Assembly (NCBI GenBank): GCA_942493275.1
Contig: OW818687.1
Location: 2,369,918-2,433,917 of the forward strand
Origin: an uncultured Coriobacteriia bacterium
GTDB taxonomy: Bacteria > Actinomycetota > Coriobacteriia > Anaerosomatales > PHET01
Direction: 5' to 3'
Length of the DNA stretch: 64,000 nt
Positions 9,117 through 18,810 of the stretch are shown in pieces (position 1 is the first letter of the stretch; each line of letters starts with the position of its first letter). The notes below the pieces were generated by a model. It ran no database searches. It was not told the DNA's origin and saw only the letters and a list, made by a program, of their open reading frames with translations. Position numbers and translations under genes: made by a program.

Positions 9117-10463
9117 TCACTCCTTAGAGTCGGAAGCGGGGTGATCGACCACGTCGGTGAGGCCGGCCAGCAATCCCGCGGCGTCAGAGGATACCAGACG
9201 CACGTCTGCACCGCTCTTGGCGACCACTTCTTCGAACGTCATGTCGTCGAGGGTGAGACCGTCGTCGTTGAACACGATGTCGGGCACAAGATACGCGCTG
9301 GGGCTGCCGAGACGCTCCTGATCCGCCGCGATCGCCGCAGCGATGTCGGCCCCTACGAGCAGCCCGGTGACGCTCACGTTGCCGCCGAAGAACCGGTTGG
9401 GTACCGCGAGCAGCCTGGCGTACCCGGCGGCGTCGCACGCGTTGAGCGCCCCGGCGAGTGTGGTCGCGGCCATGATGCCGGTGACAACCGTCGCGGTCTC
9501 GCCTTCGACCGGCAGCCGACACACGGTACTCGTAAGGTCCTCTCGGAGGGCCATGGCTTCGTCCACGAAAGTCCGGACGATACCGATGCCGTTCTCGTAC
9601 TGAGGGAAGCCGTCGTACCACTCGGTCGTGGGAAACGGAGCCCGCGCGTTGAGGTAGAACTCGTCGGCGAGGTGTACCCAGGTGATCTCGTCGCGCTCGC
9701 GTGACTCGAACTGCCAGCGCTGGACCTGCTGGATCACCGTGGCAGCGGCGATCTGGTCGCCGAAGCTTTCGCTGATATCGTCCTGATGCTTGGTGTAGCC
9801 GACAGGCACGATGCCGACCGAAGCGATGCCCTCACGCTCGGACAGCCACGCGAGCGTGCGGTCGAGCGCTTCGCCGTCGTTGACGCCGGGAACCAGCACG
9901 ATCTGGACGTGCAGATCGATGCCGGCCTCGACGAGCTGGTCGAAACGCTCGAGCGCGCGGTCCTCCCGCGCACACACGAGCTTGGCCCGGATGTCGGGAT
10001 CGACGCTGTGCAGCGAGACGTAGAGCGGCGAGAGTCGCTGCTCCGCGATGCGCTCTACGTCGGCGTCCCCGAGGTTGGTCAGTGTGACGAAGTTGCCGTT
10101 CAGGAACGACAGCCGGTAGTCGTCGTCGCGAACGTAGAGCGAGGGCCGCATGCCCTTGGGAAGCTGCGCCATGAAGCAGAAGGCGCAGCTGTTGCGACAG
10201 GTGTGCACGCCGTCGAAGAGGATGTCCGAGAAGTCGATGCCCCACGGCTCCCCCGTCTCGCGGTTCAGCTCGACCGTGCAAGAGGCGCCATTGCGCACGA
10301 TTTCGACCGCGACGGTATCCTCGTCGGACTCCCACTGCCAGTCGAGAATGTCGCGGATCTCCCGACCGCCGGCGGAGACGAGCTCATCGCCGGCAAGCAG
10401 GCCGGCTCGCTGGGCGGGCGAACCCGGTTGAACGGCGGCTATCACGCCACGCTTCGCGCTCAT
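9117..10463 (-). CDS. PDZ-domain radical-SAM protein (DUF512 family), function unknown
   Basis: 448 aa. N-terminal PDZ-like segment (VQPGSPAQRAGLLAGDELVS), CxxxCxxC radical-SAM motif (CRNSCAFCF), DUF512-like C-terminus. The position upstream of der is the usual one for this family. Confidence 0.75.
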   Translation of the reverse strand: MSAKRGVIAAVQPGSPAQRAGLLAGDELVSAGGREIRDILDWQWESDEDTVAVEIVRNGASCTVELNRETGEPWGIDFSDILFDGVHTCRNSCAFCFMAQLPKGMRPSLYVRDDDYRLSFLNGNFVTLTNLGDADVERIAEQRLSPLYVSLHSVDPDIRAKLVCAREDRALERFDQLVEAGIDLHVQIVLVPGVNDGEALDRTLAWLSEREGIASVGIVPVGYTKHQDDISESFGDQIAAATVIQQVQRWQFESRERDEITWVHLADEFYLNARAPFPTTEWYDGFPQYENGIGIVRTFVDEAMALREDLTSTVCRLPVEGETATVVTGIMAATTLAGALNACDAAGYARLLAVPNRFFGGNVSVTGLLVGADIAAAIAADQERLGSPSAYLVPDIVFNDDGLTLDDMTFEEVVAKSGADVRLVSSDAAGLLAGLTDVVDHPASDSKE

Positions 10464-11296
10464 GGGCGAATCGCCTCGATCGCACGAATGACGCCCTGCA
10501 TCTGCTCGTCAGGAGTCGAGGCCCCTGCGGTGACGCCCACCGACTCGACGCCGTCGAACCACGTGGTATCGATGTCCTGGGCGGTTTCGACGTGATAGGT
10601 GCGAGGGTTCACGGAGCGGCAGATCTCGACCAGGCGCGCCGTGTTGCCGGAGTTGTGCCCGCCCACCACGACGACAGCATCCACGCTCTCGGCGAGTTCC
10701 TGGGCCGAGCGCTGGCGCTTTCCGGTCGCCGAGCAGATGGTGTTGTGCACGCGCAGCTCGCGAACGCGCGGTGCAAGGGCGGCAACCACCTCGACAAGCC
10801 GCGACTCGGCCTGCGTGGTCTGAACCACGACGCCGACCCGGTTTGCGGGCAGGCGCTCGGGCAGCTCGTCGGCCGACTCGACCACGATGGCCTCACCGCC
10901 GGCGTGCGCCATGATGCCTTCGACCTCCGGGTGGTCAGCCTCGCCGATGATGACGATGGCGTAGCCCTCTTCAGCGAGTGCGCGCGCGGCCTGGTGGGCC
11001 TTGCTCACGTGGGGGCACGTGGCGTCTATAACGTCCAGCCCGCGCCTCTCGGCCTCACCGATGATGGCCGGGTCGACGCCGTGACTGCGGATGACGAGGG
11101 TGCCATCGTCGACTTCATCGAGGCAACCCGCGACTTCCACGCCTTGCGCTCGGAGAGCATCGACCGCCTGCGGGTTGTGGATGAGCGGTCCCAGGGTGTG
11201 GACCGTGGTCCCGTGCGACGCGGCCTCCTCGGCGAGTCTCAGCGCCCGTTCGACGCCGTAGCAGACGCCCGCATAGCGTGCGACCTCGACTCTCAT
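10460..11296 (-). CDS. ispH: 4-hydroxy-3-methylbut-2-enyl diphosphate reductase
   Basis: 278 aa, with GVCYGVERA, GPLIHNPQ, ATCPHVSK and HNTICSAT motifs carrying the three cluster cysteines. Confidence 0.93.
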   Translation of the reverse strand: MRVEVARYAGVCYGVERALRLAEEAASHGTTVHTLGPLIHNPQAVDALRAQGVEVAGCLDEVDDGTLVIRSHGVDPAIIGEAERRGLDVIDATCPHVSKAHQAARALAEEGYAIVIIGEADHPEVEGIMAHAGGEAIVVESADELPERLPANRVGVVVQTTQAESRLVEVVAALAPRVRELRVHNTICSATGKRQRSAQELAESVDAVVVVGGHNSGNTARLVEICRSVNPRTYHVETAQDIDTTWFDGVESVGVTAGASTPDEQMQGVIRAIEAIRP

Positions 11297-11973
11297 CGCT
11301 CGGCTCCCCTCGCCTCGTCACGGACCACTGCGATGCGGCGCATGATCTCGGCGGTCATGAGTTCCATCTTCTCCTTGCGTGTTCCCTCGAATGCATCAGG
11401 GTGAACCGGTTCGCCGTAGCGGATGGTCACCGGAGAGAGGCGCGGGTACTTCGCACCTCGGGGAAACGCGCGATCGGTACCTGCGATTCCCACGGGAACG
11501 ACCGGTACGCCGGTGCGCAGAGCAAGAAACGCCACGCCACCGTGGGCCTCGCCGAGCTCGTCGCCGCCGTCGTGGCTGCGCGTGCCCTCGGGGAACATGC
11601 CGACGAGTTCTCCGCCGGACAGCAGGTTGGATGCCGTGGTGATCATCTCGCGGTCGGCGGTACCCCTGCGGACCGGAAACGCCCAGACCCGGTCGAGGAA
11701 CCACCCCAGAGGCTTGATGTCCCACAGCTCGATCTTGGCGACGAAGTGGGCCGGTCGGCGCATGGAGCACCACAGGAGGACCGGGTCGAGGTGGCTGACG
11801 TGGTTACCGGCGAGGATGGCGCCGCCCTCGGGCACCTTCTCCCAGCCCTTCAGGTCGACCCGCCACATGGCGAGAAACACCCTGCCGACGGTCGATTGCA
11901 CGAACCGAGCGAAACGCCAGCTGGGGGCGTCAGCACCGGTGAGTGGCCGTCCCTGGAAGCGACTCTTCGTCAC
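11293..11973 (-). CDS. plsC: 1-acyl-sn-glycerol-3-phosphate acyltransferase
   Basis: 226 aa, with NHVSHLDP (HxxxxD) and FPEGTRS acyltransferase motifs. Confidence 0.85.
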   Translation of the reverse strand: MTKSRFQGRPLTGADAPSWRFARFVQSTVGRVFLAMWRVDLKGWEKVPEGGAILAGNHVSHLDPVLLWCSMRRPAHFVAKIELWDIKPLGWFLDRVWAFPVRRGTADREMITTASNLLSGGELVGMFPEGTRSHDGGDELGEAHGGVAFLALRTGVPVVPVGIAGTDRAFPRGAKYPRLSPVTIRYGEPVHPDAFEGTRKEKMELMTAEIMRRIAVVRDEARGAER

Positions 11974-12674
11974 GATCGTGCCCCGGAAGCCAGCTCGGCG
12001 ATCTCTTCGACGACCTGCTCGATGGTGAGCCCCGTCGTGTCAACCTCGACCGCGTCGTCGGCGGCGTGAAGCGGTGAAACCGCTCGCGACGAGTCCGCAT
12101 GGTCCCTACGCACGAGCGATTCACGCACGCCCGCCGGGTCGATCAGTGCACCGGTCGCCGCCTGCTGAACCGCGCGGCGTCGAGCGCGCTCCTCGGTGGA
12201 CGCGGTGAGAAACACCTTGAGCTCGGCATCGGGGAACACAACGGTCCCGATGTCACGGCCCTCGACAACGATGTCTCCCGCGGCGCCGAGCGCACGCTGC
12301 TGCGCGACCATCGCATCCCGGACCCGAGCAAGCTTCGCGACCGCGGATACGGCGTCGTCCACCCGCGGCGTGCGAATGGCGGTGGTGACGTCGGTGTCGT
12401 CGATGAATACCCGGCTGGGAAGCGCCTCGCCCGGCTCGTGTGCGAAGGTGACCGCCTGCGATTCGGCGATGCGTGTGACTCCCGCCTCGTCAGACGGCGA
12501 GACGCCGGAGGCGAGCGCCTGAAACGCGATGGCACGATACATCGCCCCGGTGTCCAGATAGTGGAAGCCGAGGCGGGTTGCGACGAGTTTTGCGACTGTG
12601 GACTTGCCGGAGCCGGCAGGCCCGTCGATGGCGATGATCATAGGTGTGTGGGTCTCCTGAGTGAGTGGTGTCAA
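11970..12674 (-). CDS. cmk: Cytidylate kinase
   Basis: 234 aa, with IIAIDGPAGSGKSTVAKLVA...YLDTGAMYRA. Confidence 0.93.
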   Translation of the reverse strand: MTPLTQETHTPMIIAIDGPAGSGKSTVAKLVATRLGFHYLDTGAMYRAIAFQALASGVSPSDEAGVTRIAESQAVTFAHEPGEALPSRVFIDDTDVTTAIRTPRVDDAVSAVAKLARVRDAMVAQQRALGAAGDIVVEGRDIGTVVFPDAELKVFLTASTEERARRRAVQQAATGALIDPAGVRESLVRRDHADSSRAVSPLHAADDAVEVDTTGLTIEQVVEEIAELASGARS

Positions 12675-12688
12675 CCGCGCAGATTGTA

Positions 12689-13999
12689 CTACGAGCGCAG
12701 TGATTCCACGTCCTCGGCAAAGCGCGGGTAGCTCACGTCGACGGCCTCAAACCGCTCGATCTGAACCGGTCCCGAGGCCACAAGTCCCGCCAATGCCCAC
12801 GTCATCGCAAGCCTGTGGTCGCCGAGTGAGTCCAGGGCGGCCGCGTGGGGTCGCGCTCCCCCGTCGACCTCGAGCCAGTCGGCACCCGAACGCACCGGCA
12901 CGCCGAGGGCGGCAAGTCCGTCGTGCACGGCAGCCAACCTGTCACTCTCCTTGACCCGGAGCTCGGCGGCGCCCTCGAAGCGCGTCGTCCCGGAGGCGAA
13001 GGCGGCGACCAAGGCCATCACCGGAACCTCGTCGACCAGCGAGGGAACCTCGTCGGCGACGATGGTCGTTGCCTGGAGAGAGCCGGTGAACGACGCCGTT
13101 ATGGTGCCGATCGGCTCGGCACCCGCCGAGGGCTCCTCGACGATGGTGATGCACGCACCCATGCGTTCGTAGACCTTGAGGAACCCGATGCGCGTCGGGT
13201 TGAGCGACACGCCGGGGACGATAACCTCGCTGCCGGGGACGATGAGGGCCGCCGACACGGGAAAGGCGGCCGACGACGGGTCTCTCGGAACAGCGACGTT
13301 CGTCGCTTTGAGAGTCTGCGGGCCGCACAGGCTGGCCTTGTTCGCACCCGGGTCGTGGTTGAGTGCGATGCCGTACGCCGGTAGCAGCCGCTCTGTGTGG
13401 TCGCGACTCGGAGCGGGCTCGGTCACGGAGACGCCGCCGCGTGCGCGGAGCCCGGCCAACATTACAGCCGTCTTGACTTGGGCCGAAGCGACGGGCGAAC
13501 GATACGCGAACGGCGCTAGTCCGTCGGTGCCCACAACGGTCACCGGGAGTGTCCCGCCGTCCGCTGTGCGAAACGAGGCGCCCATCTCGGACAGAGGTTC
13601 GGTCACGCGCCGCATGGGGCGCTTCGAGAGCGAGGCGTCGCCCGTAAGTGTCACGGTCACCGGCCACCCGGCGAGGACACCCATGAGGAGACGGGCGGTG
13701 GTGCCGGAGTTGCCGCAATCGATCGCATTGGCAGGCGTGGTCGGGCCCTTGGCGCCCCAGCCGCTTACCGTCCCAGCCAGCGAACCGTCGGCCTGCACGG
13801 TAAGGTCGACGGTTGCGCCGAGAGCGCTCACTGCCGACATAGTGGATCGGACGTCTTCCGAGTCAAGCACGCCGCTGAGCGATGACGTGCCCTCGGCCAT
13901 GGCCGAGAAGAGCACCGCACGATGCGACAGCGACTTGTCACCGGGGACGTGAACGGTCCCGCGCAAAGGGTTCGAGCCCGGGCCGAAGGAGCGCCTCAC
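12689..13999 (-). CDS. aroA: 3-phosphoshikimate 1-carboxyvinyltransferase (EPSP synthase)
   Basis: 436 aa, with VPGDKSLSHRAVLF, GNSGTTARLL and DHRLAMT motifs. Confidence 0.93.
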   Translation of the reverse strand: MRRSFGPGSNPLRGTVHVPGDKSLSHRAVLFSAMAEGTSSLSGVLDSEDVRSTMSAVSALGATVDLTVQADGSLAGTVSGWGAKGPTTPANAIDCGNSGTTARLLMGVLAGWPVTVTLTGDASLSKRPMRRVTEPLSEMGASFRTADGGTLPVTVVGTDGLAPFAYRSPVASAQVKTAVMLAGLRARGGVSVTEPAPSRDHTERLLPAYGIALNHDPGANKASLCGPQTLKATNVAVPRDPSSAAFPVSAALIVPGSEVIVPGVSLNPTRIGFLKVYERMGACITIVEEPSAGAEPIGTITASFTGSLQATTIVADEVPSLVDEVPVMALVAAFASGTTRFEGAAELRVKESDRLAAVHDGLAALGVPVRSGADWLEVDGGARPHAAALDSLGDHRLAMTWALAGLVASGPVQIERFEAVDVSYPRFAEDVESLRS

Positions 14000-15141
14000 G
14001 AGACCTCTTCTTCCTCGGCCTGGTCGAGCGGGACGAAGCGCGGCTCGTGGCCGGTTTCGTTGAGTTCCCTCTCGAGGCCGGCGAGGTCGCCCTCGTCAGT
14101 GAGCACGAGGACCAGGTAGGCCGTCGCCTCGCTCTGGTGATCGATGTCGATGCCCTCGATGTTGCAGCCGTAACGCGATACGGCCGCGGTGACCTCCGCG
14201 ACCACGCCGGGCCGGTCGATCATCGGCACGCGCAGTTCGGTGAGTTTGGTGGTCGCCGGCACCCACTGCGCCGGGAGCGACTTGCGCACGTCGGCCGCCG
14301 AGGTGAGCCACACGCGGATGGCTTCCGTATCACGAGCGCGAACCATGGCCTCGAACTCGCCGAGAACCCCGCGCAGCTCCCGCAGCCCCATGGCGAGCGC
14401 GTCGGCGTTGTCGAGGCAGATGCCGGTCCACAGGTCGGGAGAACCCGCCGCGATGCGGGTGGTGTCCTTGAAGCCGCCGGCGGCGAGCCGCAGGAGCTCC
14501 CTGCCCTCACCGGCGTGAGCGGCCGCCACGTCCACGAGCGCCGAGGCGGTGACGTGAGGCACGTGCGAGACGATGGCGACGGCCTCGTCGTGACTTCTGG
14601 GATCGACCGAGACGACCCGGGCGCCGAGTGAGCCGACAAGCGCGTGAAGATCGCGATAGGCGTCAGCGTCTACGTCGGCGCCCGGCGTAAGAATCCAGTA
14701 CGCGCCCTCGAACAGGTCGGCTCGGGCTGCCTGCACCCCGCTGCGCTCGCTGCCCGCCATAGGGTGACCGCCGATGAATCGCGCGGGCGGCTTCAGGTGC
14801 TTGCGAGCCGCGCGAACAACACCGCCCTTGGTGGACGCCACGTCGGTGACGATGCCGCGAAAGCCGGACGAGCCGAGCCGCTCGAGCCACTCCTCGGCCT
14901 TACGCGCGGGCGTGGCGATCACGACGAGATCGGCACCGTCCGGGCCGAGCCAGCGGGCAGCGGCTTCGCCCTCGGGCAGTGAGGCCTCATCGACGACGCC
15001 GTTGGCAACCGCCCAGTCGAGGTCCTCGGCGACGACGTCGATGCCGTAGACGCGCGGTGGTTGGTCCAGCCCGCGGCACGCAGCGGCAAACGACCCGCCG
15101 ATAAGGCCGACTCCCACGATGCAGACGCTGTTGAAAGCCAT
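13996..15141 (-). CDS. tyrA: Prephenate dehydrogenase with C-terminal ACT domain
   Basis: 381 aa. VCIVGVGLIGGSFA Rossmann motif, GGHPMAGSE, and an ACT-like C-terminus (LRVPMIDRPGVVAEVT). Confidence 0.88.
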   Translation of the reverse strand: MAFNSVCIVGVGLIGGSFAAACRGLDQPPRVYGIDVVAEDLDWAVANGVVDEASLPEGEAAARWLGPDGADLVVIATPARKAEEWLERLGSSGFRGIVTDVASTKGGVVRAARKHLKPPARFIGGHPMAGSERSGVQAARADLFEGAYWILTPGADVDADAYRDLHALVGSLGARVVSVDPRSHDEAVAIVSHVPHVTASALVDVAAAHAGEGRELLRLAAGGFKDTTRIAAGSPDLWTGICLDNADALAMGLRELRGVLGEFEAMVRARDTEAIRVWLTSAADVRKSLPAQWVPATTKLTELRVPMIDRPGVVAEVTAAVSRYGCNIEGIDIDHQSEATAYLVLVLTDEGDLAGLERELNETGHEPRFVPLDQAEEEEVS

Positions 15142-15169
15142 GGCGGTCGCCTCCCGGCGATACGGAACG

Positions 15170-16345
15170 CTACAGCGTGCCGAGTTGGTCGAGGGCGGCC
15201 TGGAAGGCGTCGATGGTCGCCTCGGTATCTTCGGGGGTTCCCACTCCGACGCGAAGCGCCGGAGACGTGCCGAAGTCCCGGACTATGATGCCGAATGAGA
15301 GCAGCACGTCGAACAGCTCTCGCGGACGCTCGGTGAGGACGTAGACGAAGTTCGTCTGCGACTTCTCGTAACGCACACCCAGTCGATCGAAGGCCGAGTA
15401 GAGGGCTTCACGCTGTGCGGCGTTCTCGGCCCGGCGTCGCGCGATCTCCACGGTGTCGGACAGCGAGTAGTACGCCCCGATCTGGGCAACAGTGCTGACG
15501 TTGAACGGCTCGCGCACTTTGTTCATCGCCGAGACGATCTGCTCGGGAAACACACCGTAGCCGCAGCGAACGCCGGCGAGTGAGTAGATCTTGCTGAAGG
15601 TGCGCAGCACGCAGACGGGGCGCGTGCCATCGAAGTACTCGAGACCGTTGGGATAGTCGGGGTCGGTGACGTACTCGTAGTACGCCTCGTCCACCACGAC
15701 GAGCACGTGATCCGGCACTCCATCCATGAAGCGCGTGAACGCCTCACGGTTGTAGATGGTGCCGGTCGGGTTGTTGGGGTTGCACAGGAACACGATCTTG
15801 GTCTTGTCGGTGACGGCCGCGAGCATCGCATCGAGATCGTGGACCTCACCGGCGGCCAGCGGCACCTTGACCGCGGTGGCGCCCATGAGCTGCGTCACCA
15901 TCGGGTAAACGACGAAGCTCGGCCACGCGAACACGACCTCGTCGCCCGGAACGAGGATCGCCTGCGCGATGATGCGCAGGAGCTCGTTGCTGCCGTTACC
16001 GACGACCACGTGTCGCTCGTCGACTCCGAGAAACTCAGCGATCCTGCGACGCAGGGCGCGAGCGGCGCCGTCGGGGTACCGGTTCATGCGAGGCAAAACA
16101 GCCTCCATGGCCGCAATCGCGGCCGGAACCGGACCATAGGGGTTCTCGTTGCTCGAGAGCTTGCGGATGACGTCACAGCCGCACTTCTCTCGGACGTCCG
16201 AGCTGCGAAGCCCGGGAGCGTAGGGCACCATCGGCGCCAGTTCATCACGAATGAGCGCGTCCCAGTCCACGTGACCTCCCCTGTAGTGCACCTCGCCAGG
16301 CGCGAGGTTGCCGACGATTGTCCCAACTCGCACCAGCCGCGACAA
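15170..16345 (-). CDS. hisC: Histidinol-phosphate / aromatic aminotransferase (class II PLP)
   Basis: 391 aa, with LSSNENPYGP, NPNNPTG and RTFSKIYSLAGVRCGY (PLP lysine). Its position next to tyrA/aroA suggests an aromatic role. The true start may lie downstream of 16345. Confidence 0.85.
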   Translation of the reverse strand: MSRLVRVGTIVGNLAPGEVHYRGGHVDWDALIRDELAPMVPYAPGLRSSDVREKCGCDVIRKLSSNENPYGPVPAAIAAMEAVLPRMNRYPDGAARALRRRIAEFLGVDERHVVVGNGSNELLRIIAQAILVPGDEVVFAWPSFVVYPMVTQLMGATAVKVPLAAGEVHDLDAMLAAVTDKTKIVFLCNPNNPTGTIYNREAFTRFMDGVPDHVLVVVDEAYYEYVTDPDYPNGLEYFDGTRPVCVLRTFSKIYSLAGVRCGYGVFPEQIVSAMNKVREPFNVSTVAQIGAYYSLSDTVEIARRRAENAAQREALYSAFDRLGVRYEKSQTNFVYVLTERPRELFDVLLSFGIIVRDFGTSPALRVGVGTPEDTEATIDAFQAALDQLGTL

Positions 16346-16354
16346 CCCCGCGAC

Positions 16355-16951
16355 TCAGCCCTGCACGAACTCCTCGACCATGCCGTGCCCATCCACCACG
16401 CGCACCGTGGCCATCTGGGCGTTCTTGATATGGAAGGCCCAGATGTCGGGGGACTCGAGCCCGAGCAGGTGCACGAGCGAGGCCCGAAACACGCCGCCGT
16501 GGGTCACGATCACGGCGCGACCGGGGGAAGCGACGATCTCGTCGCACACCGCAGCAGAGCGTCGCTCGATCTGTGAACGCGACTCACCGCCCGGCGCAAC
16601 CGGATTCGTGCTGCTTCGATAGTCGAAGCTCAGTCCCGCCTCGGCGATCTCCTCGTAGGTCATCCCCTCGACCGAACCAAAATCGAGCTCCACGAGCCTG
16701 TCGTCCACGCGGAGTTCAACCCCCGCTGTCCGAGATGCCCTCTCGGCGACGGTCAGCGCCCGCTCCAGGGGACTCGAGTAGATCACGTCGGGCGAAAACC
16801 GCGCGATCTTTCGCGGCAGCCGGGCCGCCTGACGCTTACCCACCGCGGTGTAGGGCGAAGAACCGCGCCCCACGAACCGACCGAGGACGTTTGCCTCGGT
16901 CTCCGGGTGACGGACGATGAGAATCGTGGTCTCGCGCATCAGACACCCCAC
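16355..16951 (-). CDS. cobC: Histidine-phosphatase family protein, probable alpha-ribazole phosphatase
   Basis: 198 aa. LIVRHPETEAN (RHG-type motif) and VIVTHGG. The function is assigned from its position immediately after cobS/cobT/cobU. Confidence 0.6.
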   Translation of the reverse strand: MGCLMRETTILIVRHPETEANVLGRFVGRGSSPYTAVGKRQAARLPRKIARFSPDVIYSSPLERALTVAERASRTAGVELRVDDRLVELDFGSVEGMTYEEIAEAGLSFDYRSSTNPVAPGGESRSQIERRSAAVCDEIVASPGRAVIVTHGGVFRASLVHLLGLESPDIWAFHIKNAQMATVRVVDGHGMVEEFVQG

Positions 16952-17709
16952 ATAAGCGCGGCGGAAGCCAGTGCAAGCGCCTCGCAGATGAGAACGCTCG
17001 CACCCATGATGTCCCCCGTCACGCCACCCACCTCACGAGAGAGCACGTGCGGGACGACAAGCGCCGCAAAGACCACCGCGACAACCCACGCGACTCCTAC
17101 CGCACCGACGCCGAGCCACATCAAGGCCCCCACGAGGCCGACGACTACGATGGCGGGCACCGTAGCAAGGACGCCGGGTCGGCACATCACGGTTCGGCCG
17201 AGCCCGTCGGGACGAGCTGGCGTGCCGAGCCACGCGGCAAAGGTCGCGCCGAGGCGCGCAAGTGCGGGGGCGCACAGCAGCGCGACGACTCCCGTGCCGG
17301 GAGCGAGGGATCCGACCGACGTCACCTCGAGCAGCGACACCAGCGCGATCGCAGTGGCGCCGAACGCTCCGGTCGAACTGTCCTTCATGATCTCGAGCCG
17401 GCGCTGGGCGGTGGAGCCTCCCCAGAGCCCGTCGGCCACGTCGGCGAGTCCGTCCCAGTGCAGGAACCGGGTCATCAGCGCCCACGCGAGGACGATGACC
17501 GCGCCCAGAACCAGCGCGGCTCTCCCGTTCCATCCGACCAGCATGGCCGCCTGCACCACGCACCAACCCACTGCGCCGATCAACAGGCCGACAGCGGGGA
17601 ACCATCCCGCGACGCCGTTGGGCTCGTCAGGTTCGACGCGCGCCGAGGTCGGCAGCACCGTCAGGAGCGACAGTGCAAGTGCCGCATCCCTGATCGGTCG
17701 GGAACTCAC
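16939..17709 (-). CDS. cobS: Adenosylcobinamide-GDP ribazoletransferase (cobalamin synthase)
   Basis: 256 aa polytopic membrane protein with LHWDGLADVADG and GVTGDIMGA motifs. Confidence 0.88.
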   Translation of the reverse strand: MSSRPIRDAALALSLLTVLPTSARVEPDEPNGVAGWFPAVGLLIGAVGWCVVQAAMLVGWNGRAALVLGAVIVLAWALMTRFLHWDGLADVADGLWGGSTAQRRLEIMKDSSTGAFGATAIALVSLLEVTSVGSLAPGTGVVALLCAPALARLGATFAAWLGTPARPDGLGRTVMCRPGVLATVPAIVVVGLVGALMWLGVGAVGVAWVVAVVFAALVVPHVLSREVGGVTGDIMGASVLICEALALASAALMWGV

Positions 17710-17713
17710 CGTG

Positions 17714-18796
17714 TCAGCCTTCCGAGCCGCTCACGCCGGCCTCGGCGAACGTCGCCATGCCGGACAGCATCTCGCAGGCGGCGTCGATGAGCGCGAACGC
17801 GAGGACAGCACCGGTCCCCTCGCCCAGCCGCATGTCGAGGTCGAATAGCGGCTTGACTCCCAGCGTGCCGAGAACCGCAGCGTGTCCCGGCTCGACCGAA
17901 AGGTGGCTGGGCACGAGGTAATCACTGCACGCGGGGCACAGAGCGACCGCAGCCAGGGCGGCCGAGCTCGATATGAACCCGTCAATGACAACGCAGGTCC
18001 TTCGCGCAGCCGCGCCGATCATGACACCGGCCAACGCAGCGATCTCCAGACCGCCGACGGCCGCGAACTTGCCGAGAGCATCGAGCTCGTCCACGGCGTT
18101 GACACTCAGTGCTCGTTCGACGACCCCGATCTTGTGTCGGACTCCGGCGTCGTCGAGCCCCGTCCCTCTGCCCACGACGGCCGCGATCTCGGTTCCCGCA
18201 AACGCGGCGGTCAGTGCGGATGCGGCTGTGGTGTTGCCGATACCCATCTCGCCGGTGCCAATGAGGTTGTATCCCGCGTCAACAAGACCCGTGGCCGCCT
18301 CAACGCCCACCATTATCGCCTCGGCGCACTGCTCTCTCGTCATCGCCGGGCCCTGGGCCATGTTCGCTGTGCCGGGGGCGATCTTGCGATGGACGACTCC
18401 GGGGAACAGGCTCACGTCGCGGACCACGCCGACGTCGTAGATGACGACATCGGCTCCGACCGAACGCGCGAACTGGTTGATCGCCGCTCCGCCTGCGACG
18501 AAGTTGGCGACCATCTGCCACGTCACGTCCTGCGGGAACTGGGAGATCCCTTCAGCGACGACCCCATGGTCGGCCGCCGCAACCACGACCGCCTTGCGGC
18601 TGACCGAGGGGTGGTCCGTACACTGGATCCGCGCAACGCGCGCAGCAATCTCCTCCACGCGACCCAACGACCTCGGAGGCTTGGTGAGTTGGTCGAGCCG
18701 AGCCCAGGCTCGTTCCTCGGCCGCCGGATCGGTGGGGGCCACCGAGGCTACAACGGCCTCAAGTCGTAGCTGTGCGGTCTTCTCGTTGTCAGTCAC
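17714..18796 (-). CDS. cobT: Nicotinate-nucleotide--dimethylbenzimidazole phosphoribosyltransferase
   Basis: KPPRSLGRVEEIA, GEMGIGNTT and GEGTGA motifs. The ORF-track start at 18844 overlaps cobU by 34 nt. GTG at 18796 is preceded by GAGGAGAAGC and is preferred. Confidence 0.88.
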   Translation of the reverse strand: MTDNEKTAQLRLEAVVASVAPTDPAAEERAWARLDQLTKPPRSLGRVEEIAARVARIQCTDHPSVSRKAVVVAAADHGVVAEGISQFPQDVTWQMVANFVAGGAAINQFARSVGADVVIYDVGVVRDVSLFPGVVHRKIAPGTANMAQGPAMTREQCAEAIMVGVEAATGLVDAGYNLIGTGEMGIGNTTAASALTAAFAGTEIAAVVGRGTGLDDAGVRHKIGVVERALSVNAVDELDALGKFAAVGGLEIAALAGVMIGAAARRTCVVIDGFISSSAALAAVALCPACSDYLVPSHLSVEPGHAAVLGTLGVKPLFDLDMRLGEGTGAVLAFALIDAACEMLSGMATFAEAGVSGSEG

Positions 18797-18810
18797 GCTT
18801 CTCCTCGTCG

